This document shows positions 40,656 through 48,702 of a stretch of 64,000 nt of DNA, piece after piece. Numbering within the stretch: position 1 is the first letter of the stretch; each line of letters begins with the position of its first letter. Where the stretch lies: assembly GCA_958403395.1 (NCBI GenBank), contig CATXXF010000005.1, positions 2,764 through 66,763 on the forward strand. Reading direction: 5' to 3'. The notes under the pieces were generated by a model. The model saw only the letters and a program-made list of their open reading frames with translations. It was not told the DNA's origin and ran no database searches. Position numbers and translations under genes: made by a program. This stretch comes from an uncultured Collinsella sp. (GTDB lineage: Bacteria; Actinomycetota; Coriobacteriia; Coriobacteriales; Coriobacteriaceae).

Positions 40656-41678
40656 CTACACCGTGAGGAACATCATCACGATGATCATGGCAAAGCCGAT
40701 AAGGTCGGTCGGCAAAAACACCGTGCCCAGCATAACGGCGCTGGTGATGGTCGCCGAAACCGGCTCCACAGTTCCGATGAGGCTCGCACGCACCGAGCCG
40801 ATGTCCTTAACGCCCTGCATATAAAGCATGTAAGCAAAAAACGAGCCGATAACCACGAACACCGCGAGCGCCTCGATGCCGGCGGCATCGAGCGCCGGCA
40901 TATGCGCCCAGGGCTGCACGAAGACACATGAGACCACGCCCGCCGTGAGCATTGCCGAGCCCGTGACGATGGGGCTACCGTATTCGGGCAGGATCTTGGC
41001 GGGAATCACCGCCATACACGCGGCGCTGACCGCGCACATAAGACCTGCTGCCAGGCCAAGCGGCGAGATATTCAGGCTGGTAGGGTCGCCGCCGGTGGCA
41101 ATTAAAAAGGTTCCACCCAGAGCCAGGCCAATGCCGATGACTTCGCGAGTACGCGGTATGCGGCGATCGGTCACGCAGGCGTAGCCCATGATGATAACGA
41201 GCTGCAGGCACTGGAGCACCGTCGCGGTTCCGGCGTTCGTCAGGCGCACGGCCGAAAGATAGCAAAACTGGTTGAACAGCAGGCCAAAGGCGGTAAAGAG
41301 CAGCAACTGCTTGCGATCGGCGGGTGTGGTCCAGAGCTTAATCAGGCGCTCGCGGTCGCGCGTAACAACCACGGCCATAAAGAGTAGACCGGCGAGAATC
41401 TGACGCACGCTCATAAGCCACAAGGTGTCGACGTGGTAGGTATCGAACAGAAAGCTCGCGCTGGTGCCCGAGAAGCCCCAAAACGAACCGCCCACCAGCG
41501 TAGCCAAGACGCCTGTGATCATCTTGCGCGTCGAAGCGCTGTTCAGGCGGTCGCGCCATGCGCGACGGGTGTTGCGGCTGAGCTCGTCGGTGCCCTCGGG
41601 CACATCAATGTTCGATATATCGGTCATCGGCACCGAAGCCCCTGCGCCTTCGACCTGCTCGACACACTCTTTGCTCAT
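40656..41678 (-). CDS. EamA/DMT family transporter
   Basis: About 10 TM helices; WGFSG, NAGTATVLQ, EPVSA. Confidence 0.9.
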   Translation of the reverse strand: MSKECVEQVEGAGASVPMTDISNIDVPEGTDELSRNTRRAWRDRLNSASTRKMITGVLATLVGGSFWGFSGTSASFLFDTYHVDTLWLMSVRQILAGLLFMAVVVTRDRERLIKLWTTPADRKQLLLFTAFGLLFNQFCYLSAVRLTNAGTATVLQCLQLVIIMGYACVTDRRIPRTREVIGIGLALGGTFLIATGGDPTSLNISPLGLAAGLMCAVSAACMAVIPAKILPEYGSPIVTGSAMLTAGVVSCVFVQPWAHMPALDAAGIEALAVFVVIGSFFAYMLYMQGVKDIGSVRASLIGTVEPVSATITSAVMLGTVFLPTDLIGFAMIIVMMFLTV

Positions 41679-41967
41679 TCCACTCCCCCGAAACAGCCTG
41701 GAAACAATTCGGCTTACCTTACCACGGCGAAGTCACCAGCTGGAGGCTTGTCCGCTTATCGGTAGGACAATTCCGCAGGCGTCTTTCCATAGCTCGATAC
41801 CGCAATGGCCTTGCATTATGCGACAGCCAAATCGCGGCAGCAGGCTCTTTTGAAATGGATGCGACAAAGCCCCCGAATTCCACAATGTAAGCGATTTTTA
41901 AAAATGTTCTTGCCACCGAGTTCAGGCTCCGTTATATTATCCCTTGCGCGCTTGCGCACCCTTGATC

Positions 41968-42042
41968 GGGCGTTTAGCTCAGGGGGAGAGCGCTTCCCTG
42001 ACACGGAAGAGGTCAGAAGTTCAAATCTTCTAACGCCCACCA
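41968..42042 (+). tRNA. tRNA-Val(GAC)
   Basis: GGGCGTT...AACGCCC-ACCA; anticodon arm CTTCC-CTGACAC-GGAAG. Confidence 0.97.
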
Positions 42043-42050
42043 AATGTTCG

Positions 42051-42087
42051 CAGCTCAGAGGCTATGTCCTCTGGGCTGTTTTGTTTT
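42051..42087 (+). terminator. Terminator after tRNA-Val
   Basis: CAGCTCAGAGG-ctatgt-CCTCTGGGCTG-TTTT. Confidence 0.8.
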
Positions 42088-42268
42088 ATGTCGCCAAATC
42101 AGCTGGCAGCTCCAACCGCCCAACTAGCCAAAAGCCGACCATCTACTTGCCGATCTATCCATCGGCATAACCAATCAGTCCGCACCGCAACTTCTCAGCA
42201 AAACGCCGCGATGTCTGCGCCCTGCGGTATCCTTGAGCCACTTGCACCTGCAGCACCAAGGAGCCGCC

Positions 42269-42955
42269 ATGCGCACCGAGCTCGATGTCCCCTTTTCGCA
42301 CAAAGAAGAAGCCAAGGCGCTGGGCGCCAAATGGGACCGGACCAAGAAGATCTGGTATGTACCCAGCGGCGTCAACCCCGGGCCCTTTGCCGAGTGGCTG
42401 CCCGGTGTTGACCGATCCGACCCCTCAGCGCCGTATATATATCTAGTACTGGGCAAGCGCGAGTGCTGGAAGTGTCACAAAGAGACCTCGGTCGCGGCCT
42501 TCGGCATTCCCTATCGAACCGATAACGACGAGAGCATCGCCATCGCGCACGCGCCCAACGAAGCTGGGCACATCGCCATCGACACGGCCAACGCCAACGC
42601 ACTCGCCATCGTGCCCGTTCTCGGCTGCGTGCCGGGCGAGATCCGCGACTACCTTCATAAGCGCTGCGGCTACAAGCCCGTAGGCGCGCGAGCCTCCAAA
42701 GCCCCGTCGCTCGGCAACACGTGCACCAGTTGCGACGCGCTGCAAGGCAGCCGCTATCTGTTCGAGGAGCCCTCGTCCCCGTTTGCCCTCACTGCCATCA
42801 ACAAGCTGCCGGCACTGGAGTTTGTACGCGTCGAAGTTGCCGGCGTCTTTGGCGTCCCGGCCACGCGCACCGACTTTGACCAGGCGCTCTTTACCTGGGC
42901 ACGCGACCATCACGCCAAGTTTCACAAGACCCTGTTCGAGGGAATCTACCTGTAG
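42269..42955 (+). CDS. DUF5710-like protein with CxxC pairs
   Basis: LDVPFSHKEEAKALGAKWD...WYVP; CWKC and CTSC; AAGGAG RBS. Confidence 0.75.
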   Translation: MRTELDVPFSHKEEAKALGAKWDRTKKIWYVPSGVNPGPFAEWLPGVDRSDPSAPYIYLVLGKRECWKCHKETSVAAFGIPYRTDNDESIAIAHAPNEAGHIAIDTANANALAIVPVLGCVPGEIRDYLHKRCGYKPVGARASKAPSLGNTCTSCDALQGSRYLFEEPSSPFALTAINKLPALEFVRVEVAGVFGVPATRTDFDQALFTWARDHHAKFHKTLFEGIYL

Positions 42956-43031
42956 GGCAAGGCTCGAAAATCGAGTCCAGATATCCTCGAAAATCGAGTA
43001 TGCGCAGGTAGTTGAATTGCCGACTCGAAGG

Positions 43032-44537
43032 CTACAACCCCAGGATGTGCTCTAGATAGCCTTTGTTAAACCAGAACGATTGCCTGGTCATCCAACGTCC
43101 ATCGGGCAACTCGTAGGCGTTCCTCGCAATGTCGCCGATTTCGGTTCCGTCGGCGAATCTATACGCAGCTTTTGAGGTATGCGGGCGAACGTGGACGATC
43201 GGGTTGTCCGCCATACCGGGCAGATTGTTGGTCACCTTGAGCTTTCCGCTTGCATCCCGATACGGATTGAGCTCAACGCCCTCGCGAATGACCTTTCGCG
43301 TCTCATCCCAGCAAGCCTTTGCGGGACCCTCGGTTTCGTTTGCCGGCATTGCCCAGAATAGGCAGCGGTCAAGACGCCACTCCCCCTCGTGGTCCTCACG
43401 GAACACGACAAAGAAGAAACGGTTGGTCTCAAGGCGCGCACGGAAGGAAGACGTTTCCCAATCCTCATTGATTAGCTGCTTAAACTCAAACGGAGGGAAA
43501 GACATTGCCTGCTCGATGTGCCCCCTCTTATTAACGCGACAAGCACGGACGTTAATCCCGGCCTTAACGAACTCCTCGGCAGCATTGCTTTTAATGCCGA
43601 GCATGCGATAAACGAGCGTTGTCCATTGCGCCTTGTTTCCTGTGTATTCCAGGCCGTACTGCTCCGCAATCTGGCGATCGGTCTCGCCATAGTGGCGCTC
43701 GATAAGCGCAGTAACGTAGCTTTCGAAATCAATGGACTCGTCGTCGCCTTGAACGATGCTCTCGCCGACGCGCGGGGCACCAAGAACATAGGCGTGAAGC
43801 ACATAGTCCATGTACGAGCGCTTGAGTGAGAAGGCGCGACGCTTCGCGCGACGGCGTTCGATCTCGCCCGTATCGGTATTGAAGTACTCGTAATACTGGT
43901 CGACCCACATTGTCGCTTCGGTTGCGCCCTTTGTGCAGGCGCCCAAGTAGGTGGTCATGCCCTCCGATAGTTCGTCTGCGCGACCATCCTGAATGTACGA
44001 AATGATTTTCTCGTAGTCAGCGCGAATGATCTTCATATCCTCTTCGGGCAGACGAACCATGACTGCACGCTCAATGCGCTGGTCGTATTTGTCGATGGAG
44101 CGGTCACGGCCGTAATAAATCAGCAGGATATTGCTGAGCTTGGTCTTGAGATGCGAGCTGTCGTAGTCGAGCGAAACGGAACGGTCGTAGGGAATCATCG
44201 TCAAGACAAGACGTTCACCGGCAGATTTACGACCGTCTTTAAGTACGTCAAAACACGTTGCCTTGAGCTCGACACCCGCCTCGGGAAAGTCCGGCCGGTC
44301 ATCGCTGTTGGCCTTGTAGCCAAAGTAACGCTCCTCGATCAGGGTTCCCATACCGCCCTTGTACTTCTTGGATCCAAAGTCCTTAGGCGCGCTCTCCCCC
44401 TCCGGCGCAATGCCAAGCTCCAGAATGTCGCGAAACGTCATCCCGTCGAGATTGGCAGCATACCGCTCGATGCTAGAGGGGTCAGAAAAATCAGTACCGT
44501 CAAGCATGCGCTTGAAATCGAGGTGCTTCTTGGACAT
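43032..44537 (-). CDS. Sau3AI/MutH-family type II restriction endonuclease
   Basis: KGGMGTLIEERYFGYKANSD..PDF.EAGVELK, ERLVLTMI, ELSEG.T.YLGACTKG, RAFSLK, HVRPH, QSFWFNK; two-domain length (501 aa). Confidence 0.88.
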   Translation of the reverse strand: MSKKHLDFKRMLDGTDFSDPSSIERYAANLDGMTFRDILELGIAPEGESAPKDFGSKKYKGGMGTLIEERYFGYKANSDDRPDFPEAGVELKATCFDVLKDGRKSAGERLVLTMIPYDRSVSLDYDSSHLKTKLSNILLIYYGRDRSIDKYDQRIERAVMVRLPEEDMKIIRADYEKIISYIQDGRADELSEGMTTYLGACTKGATEATMWVDQYYEYFNTDTGEIERRRAKRRAFSLKRSYMDYVLHAYVLGAPRVGESIVQGDDESIDFESYVTALIERHYGETDRQIAEQYGLEYTGNKAQWTTLVYRMLGIKSNAAEEFVKAGINVRACRVNKRGHIEQAMSFPPFEFKQLINEDWETSSFRARLETNRFFFVVFREDHEGEWRLDRCLFWAMPANETEGPAKACWDETRKVIREGVELNPYRDASGKLKVTNNLPGMADNPIVHVRPHTSKAAYRFADGTEIGDIARNAYELPDGRWMTRQSFWFNKGYLEHILGL

Positions 44538-44686
44538 GGCAGATCCTCTCGAAATAAGACATGATCTAATACGTATGCTACTGTAAATTCGGGTTATACC
44601 GTGAAGATCCCCTAAGGGATCTTCCATTTGCAACCCGATTTCTGTACCCTTGATCTTTGCATTTGCAGCGATTTGGGGGAGTGAGT

Positions 44687-45949
44687 ATGTCAGAGGTCAA
44701 AATCGCCGAGCTTTTTGCTGGCGTCGGCGGATTTCGTTTGGGCCTCGAAGGCTACGCTGACCCTCGTTATCCAGATTTCTACATGAAGCCCGCCGGACCC
44801 TTTCGCACCATTTGGGCCAATCAGTGGGAACCACCCGGAACCAAGGCTCGTCAGTTCGCGGCACGCTGCTATATGGACCGCTTTGGCGAGGATTCCGTAG
44901 TCAACGAAGATATCAATAAAGTCCTGGAACAGGCTGAAGCCGGAGAGGTTGAAATCCCCGACGTCCAGATGGTCGTCGGCGGCTTCCCTTGCCAGGATTA
45001 CTCCGTCGCTCGCCCGCTTAACCAGGCGCACGGCATCGAGGGCAAGAAGGGTGTCCTGTGGTGGGACATCTATCACTTCCTCGAGATGAAGAAGCCACGC
45101 TTCGGTCTCTTTGAGAACGTTGACCGTCTGCTCAAGTCGCCCGCGTCACAGCGCGGTCGCGATTTCGCCATCATCTTGAGCTGCCTTGCCGACCTCGACT
45201 ACACGGTCGAATGGCGCGTGGTCAACTCTGCCGAATACGGTTTCCCCCAGCGTCGCAAGCGTGTTTATATCTTCTGCGAAAAGGGCGCTGGCAAGGTTGA
45301 TCTCATTGATCGCATGCACAACGGCGTCATGGCTAAAGCCTTCCCCGCCATCTATCCCGACGAGATGTCCGAGCTCGACGTTTTACCCGACCCCTACGAG
45401 AACTCAACTCGTTTTGGCGTCGGCCAAAAGACCTCTCAATTCAAGAATGCTGGCGTCATGCAGGGCTGTCATGTTCTGACCTGCGACTTTACCGAGGACT
45501 ATCACGGCGAGCGCCACGTGCTTGGCGACGTGCTTGTCGACGAGGCTGATGTCCCGGAGCAGTTCTACATCTCCGACGAAAAGCTTCCCGACTGGCGCTA
45601 CCTTAAGGGCAGCAAGCGCGAAGAGCGCACTAACAAAAAGACAGGCTTTACGTACACGTATTCCGAGGGAGCCATGAGCTTCCCGGATGCCACCGACAAG
45701 CCGAGCCGCACCATCCTCACAGGAGAAGGCGGCACGGGAGCGAGCCGCTTCAAGCACGTCATCGAATGTCCCGATGGCCGTTTCCGCCGTCTTGTTCCCG
45801 ACGAGCTCGACCAGCTTCAGGGATTCCCGAAAGGCTGGACCGATACGGGCATGACTGACGGCCATCGAGCCTTCTGCATGGGCAACGCACTCGTCACCGG
45901 CGTGCCCCATCGCATTGGCGAAGCTATGGTCGAAGTGTACGGCCTCTAA
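44687..45949 (+). CDS. DNA (cytosine-5) methyltransferase, M.Sau3AI-like
   Basis: ELFAGVGG, GGFPCQDYS, ENV, QRRKR, MGNA; GIEGKKGVLWW and QRGRDF as in the Sau3AI group. Confidence 0.93.
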   Translation: MSEVKIAELFAGVGGFRLGLEGYADPRYPDFYMKPAGPFRTIWANQWEPPGTKARQFAARCYMDRFGEDSVVNEDINKVLEQAEAGEVEIPDVQMVVGGFPCQDYSVARPLNQAHGIEGKKGVLWWDIYHFLEMKKPRFGLFENVDRLLKSPASQRGRDFAIILSCLADLDYTVEWRVVNSAEYGFPQRRKRVYIFCEKGAGKVDLIDRMHNGVMAKAFPAIYPDEMSELDVLPDPYENSTRFGVGQKTSQFKNAGVMQGCHVLTCDFTEDYHGERHVLGDVLVDEADVPEQFYISDEKLPDWRYLKGSKREERTNKKTGFTYTYSEGAMSFPDATDKPSRTILTGEGGTGASRFKHVIECPDGRFRRLVPDELDQLQGFPKGWTDTGMTDGHRAFCMGNALVTGVPHRIGEAMVEVYGL

Positions 45950-46074
45950 GGCAAGCAATCCGGAGCCGGCAGTTCACGCTGTCGACCCCGTTTTTCCACC
46001 CCACTCCCCTGTATACTGATGTAGCACGTGTTTCATCCGGGCTTGTTGGGCCGGATTGTTCATGGGAGGGTCTT

Positions 46075-46566
46075 ATGGCTGCTTCGAATCCGCCTAAGGG
46101 GAGCGTTTCTTCTTCGTCCATCAAGCCGGTAACGCGCAAGGCCGTGCGTTGCCAGCGCGAGGTCGCTTGGCTTGTCACGCAGGCGGCGGGCAGGCTTGTG
46201 GCGACCACTCAGGACGTCAATGCGCCTACGCCGAGCTTTGTGTTAGCGACGGCGCTGGATTTTGTGCGCCAATTGGAGCTTGCCGAACAGGATGCCAGCG
46301 GCCACCTCGACTACCAAAATGTTATGGCGCCCGATCTGCAAACGTTCTGCCACATGGCCAAGTTGCCCGCCGCGCCCAATGCGCTTTCGGACGCAGGCTA
46401 CATGTTTACGCTTTCGGGCGCGGACCTTATCCGCGACATCTATGCATACTGCAGCGAGCTCGCCGAACGCCACATCTTTGACGCGGCTGAAGTCAAACCG
46501 GGATATGTCATCAAACTGGTTCTTAGGCTGTTCTTGATGGACGGGTTCGGGGCCATGCCGGCGTAA
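46075..46566 (+). CDS. Hypothetical protein (possible tandem ribbon-helix-helix)
   Basis: 163 aa; GGGAGG RBS; no family recognised with certainty. Confidence 0.65.
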   Translation: MAASNPPKGSVSSSSIKPVTRKAVRCQREVAWLVTQAAGRLVATTQDVNAPTPSFVLATALDFVRQLELAEQDASGHLDYQNVMAPDLQTFCHMAKLPAAPNALSDAGYMFTLSGADLIRDIYAYCSELAERHIFDAAEVKPGYVIKLVLRLFLMDGFGAMPA

Positions 46567-46666
46567 GCCGAGTCTTTAGCATCACCGTTGACTGAGCAAC
46601 AACCGCTTTGTCTTAGTGGGCGCCAATTGAGGGTCGATTATTGGTTCGCCTCGTCCACTAACGCAT

Positions 46667-48133
46667 TTATTCCACGCGCTCTGACAATCGATACTTGCGG
46701 TTGCGGCTCGTCGCCGGCGCCGTGGGCTCAAGCTCGCCTTGAGCAATGAGCGCGTTGACGCGCGACCTAACCTGGGAAATTGTAAGCCCCGTACGTTCTG
46801 CCAACTCACGCGTCCCCAGCTCGCCGTAGTGTTTGAGTGCCGTCACAATTAAGCCCCCGCCATGATCGACCGGCTCGATCTTTGAACGGTAAAGTACGAC
46901 CTTGAACCGATCGAACCCCGGGCAGAACAGAGGCTCGGCCAGACCATGCGCGCGCATGGCATCGATCATCATCGGGATGCCCGAGCCATTGCCCTCAGCC
47001 GGCGAACCTGCGCCATCCGGCAGCGGGACAATCGACATGAGTTTCACGAGCGTCGCGTTACGGCATCGGGAGCTGCCGTCAAACAAGTTCTCGCGAGTCT
47101 TTCCCCCGTAAAGGCCGCCAGGATTCGTCACCTCGACACGATCGTCAAAGACGTCGACGGCAATCGATTGTCCACAGAACCGATCCCCGTATTCTCGATG
47201 GATTACGGCGTTGGCGATTGCCTCGCGCAGAACCTCCTCGGGAATCTCCAGCGAGTCGACACGCGGGACGCCTTGGACGGTCGAGATGCGGCGCAGGTTT
47301 TTGGCAACAGCTGCGACGGCATCCGAAATCATCTCGCCTAGGGTGCCCTCGCAGACTGTGCGGTCCATAAACCTTAGTGGCCCCGCAGCTCCCTTTTGAG
47401 TTCCCATGTGGACAGCCACATCAATGAAGAGCATGGGATAGAACTGCTGAGGGTAAACGCCCGCGGCAAGGAGGCCGGCCTTGGTAACATTGCCCTGGAA
47501 GTCGAGGAAATTCAGACGCTCCATCTTTGTCTTCTTGTCCGCCGCACCGCGCATCGCTCGAGGCGTCAACGAATAGGCACGCTCTATCGTGCGGTCGACC
47601 AGCGACTCGTCGAGATCGCCCGCACTCGTGCCGGGCACCGCATCGCGATCGCTAGGACTCGTCCGTTCATATGACGACAGTGCCAAAACCTCGGTCGACG
47701 AAAGCGGAACATCTTTGTCATCGATGCGTTTGTAGCTGCCACCTTGAGCGCCCCGCTCTATGACATAGCAAGGCTTGCTCGACGGGTCGAGCTCCTCAAT
47801 CGTGATGACCAGAGCCACGGTGCCCTGGAGCCCCACGCGCTCAATGGTGTATTTGGGCGGATTGGCCAGCTTTCCGCGACCGCCGGCATCGCCCATGCCC
47901 GCCACGAATTGGTTGAGCACTTTCTCGGTCTCAAAGTTTGCAACTGGGACAAAACCCGCGCGCTCGCTCACTCCGAGTACGATGATGCCGCCGGCGGTGT
48001 TTGCGAAAGCGCTGACCGTTTCCCATACGTCGCGGGAAAGCGTCGTGGCGCTCTCCTTGACCTCGACGTTAAAATCGTCCGAGCCCATGCGCCTTAAAGG
48101 CTCGAGCAGACCGGTCAGTTCGTTTTCGTTCAT
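46667..48133 (-). CDS. AlbA_2 (Schlafen-like) - HATPase_c_4 - wHTH protein
   Basis: VEVKE...SAFANTAGGIIVLGV, REAIANAVIHREY, NPGGL, RNATL, GSGI, C-terminal HTH; ATG 48133 after GAAAGGA. Confidence 0.85.
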   Translation of the reverse strand: MNENELTGLLEPLRRMGSDDFNVEVKESATTLSRDVWETVSAFANTAGGIIVLGVSERAGFVPVANFETEKVLNQFVAGMGDAGGRGKLANPPKYTIERVGLQGTVALVITIEELDPSSKPCYVIERGAQGGSYKRIDDKDVPLSSTEVLALSSYERTSPSDRDAVPGTSAGDLDESLVDRTIERAYSLTPRAMRGAADKKTKMERLNFLDFQGNVTKAGLLAAGVYPQQFYPMLFIDVAVHMGTQKGAAGPLRFMDRTVCEGTLGEMISDAVAAVAKNLRRISTVQGVPRVDSLEIPEEVLREAIANAVIHREYGDRFCGQSIAVDVFDDRVEVTNPGGLYGGKTRENLFDGSSRCRNATLVKLMSIVPLPDGAGSPAEGNGSGIPMMIDAMRAHGLAEPLFCPGFDRFKVVLYRSKIEPVDHGGGLIVTALKHYGELGTRELAERTGLTISQVRSRVNALIAQGELEPTAPATSRNRKYRLSERVE

Positions 48134-48194
48134 CTGCACGTCCTTTCGCTCGGTTCTGCGGAAAATGCCGCGAATAAATTTCCTTCGTCTCTCA

Positions 48195-48429
48195 GTTATC
48201 TCTCGTAATTATCTCTTATCTTTCTGCCATCTCTCATATTAGAGATGAGTGAGAGACGAAAGATAAGATGTCTGCCATCTGTTTTATTTAAACATGTTTT
48301 TACTGGTAAAACAATCTATATTGAGACAATACCATGGTTGCCTGTCTCTTTGCAGCATTGTTATCTCTCATATTTATCTCTCATCTTTCTGTTATCTCTC
48401 GTATTAGAGACGAATGAGATATGAGAGAT
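48195..48429. repeat. Two 70-bp AT-rich direct repeats built from ATCTCTC/GAGAGAT motifs
   Basis: 48195-48264 vs 48360-48429, 59/70 identical by manual alignment. Confidence 0.8.
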
Positions 48430-48444
48430 GTGTGGGCGTCGGAT

Positions 48445-48565
48445 GAGCGTGGATTTTGGACGGTCGGGAAATGTGGGTGGATATTTGGACGGTTTTTGGG
48501 CGTTTTGAGGCTGATTCCGTCCGAAAATCCACTCTCATTCGATAGGCGTCCAAGTTTCCACGCTC
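48445..48565. repeat. 121-bp nested inverted-repeat element
   Basis: GxGTGGA..TT(T)GGAC motif at 48445 and 48475 (forward), 48517 and 48548 (reverse). Confidence 0.6.
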
Positions 48566-48702
48566 GCGCGGCGGTCACGCAGGGCCTATGACCAATCCGC
48601 CGGCATCGTCTTCAGTTCGCCGCAGAGCCGCGGCCCCATATGGGTATACTCTCGAGGATTCGACTCGATTCGCCCCCGCTGGGGCGCCAAAGGAGACTGC
48701 AT

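Noticed and set aside
43032..44537. Mismatch-repair MutH
   Set aside because: Twice the length of MutH and paired with an m5C MTase, which fits a Sau3AI-type REase.
42043..48600. Prophage or ICE integrated at tRNA-Val
   Set aside because: No integrase, phage or conjugation genes and no direct repeat of the tRNA 3' end; only an 8-bp inverted match near 48432, compatible with chance.
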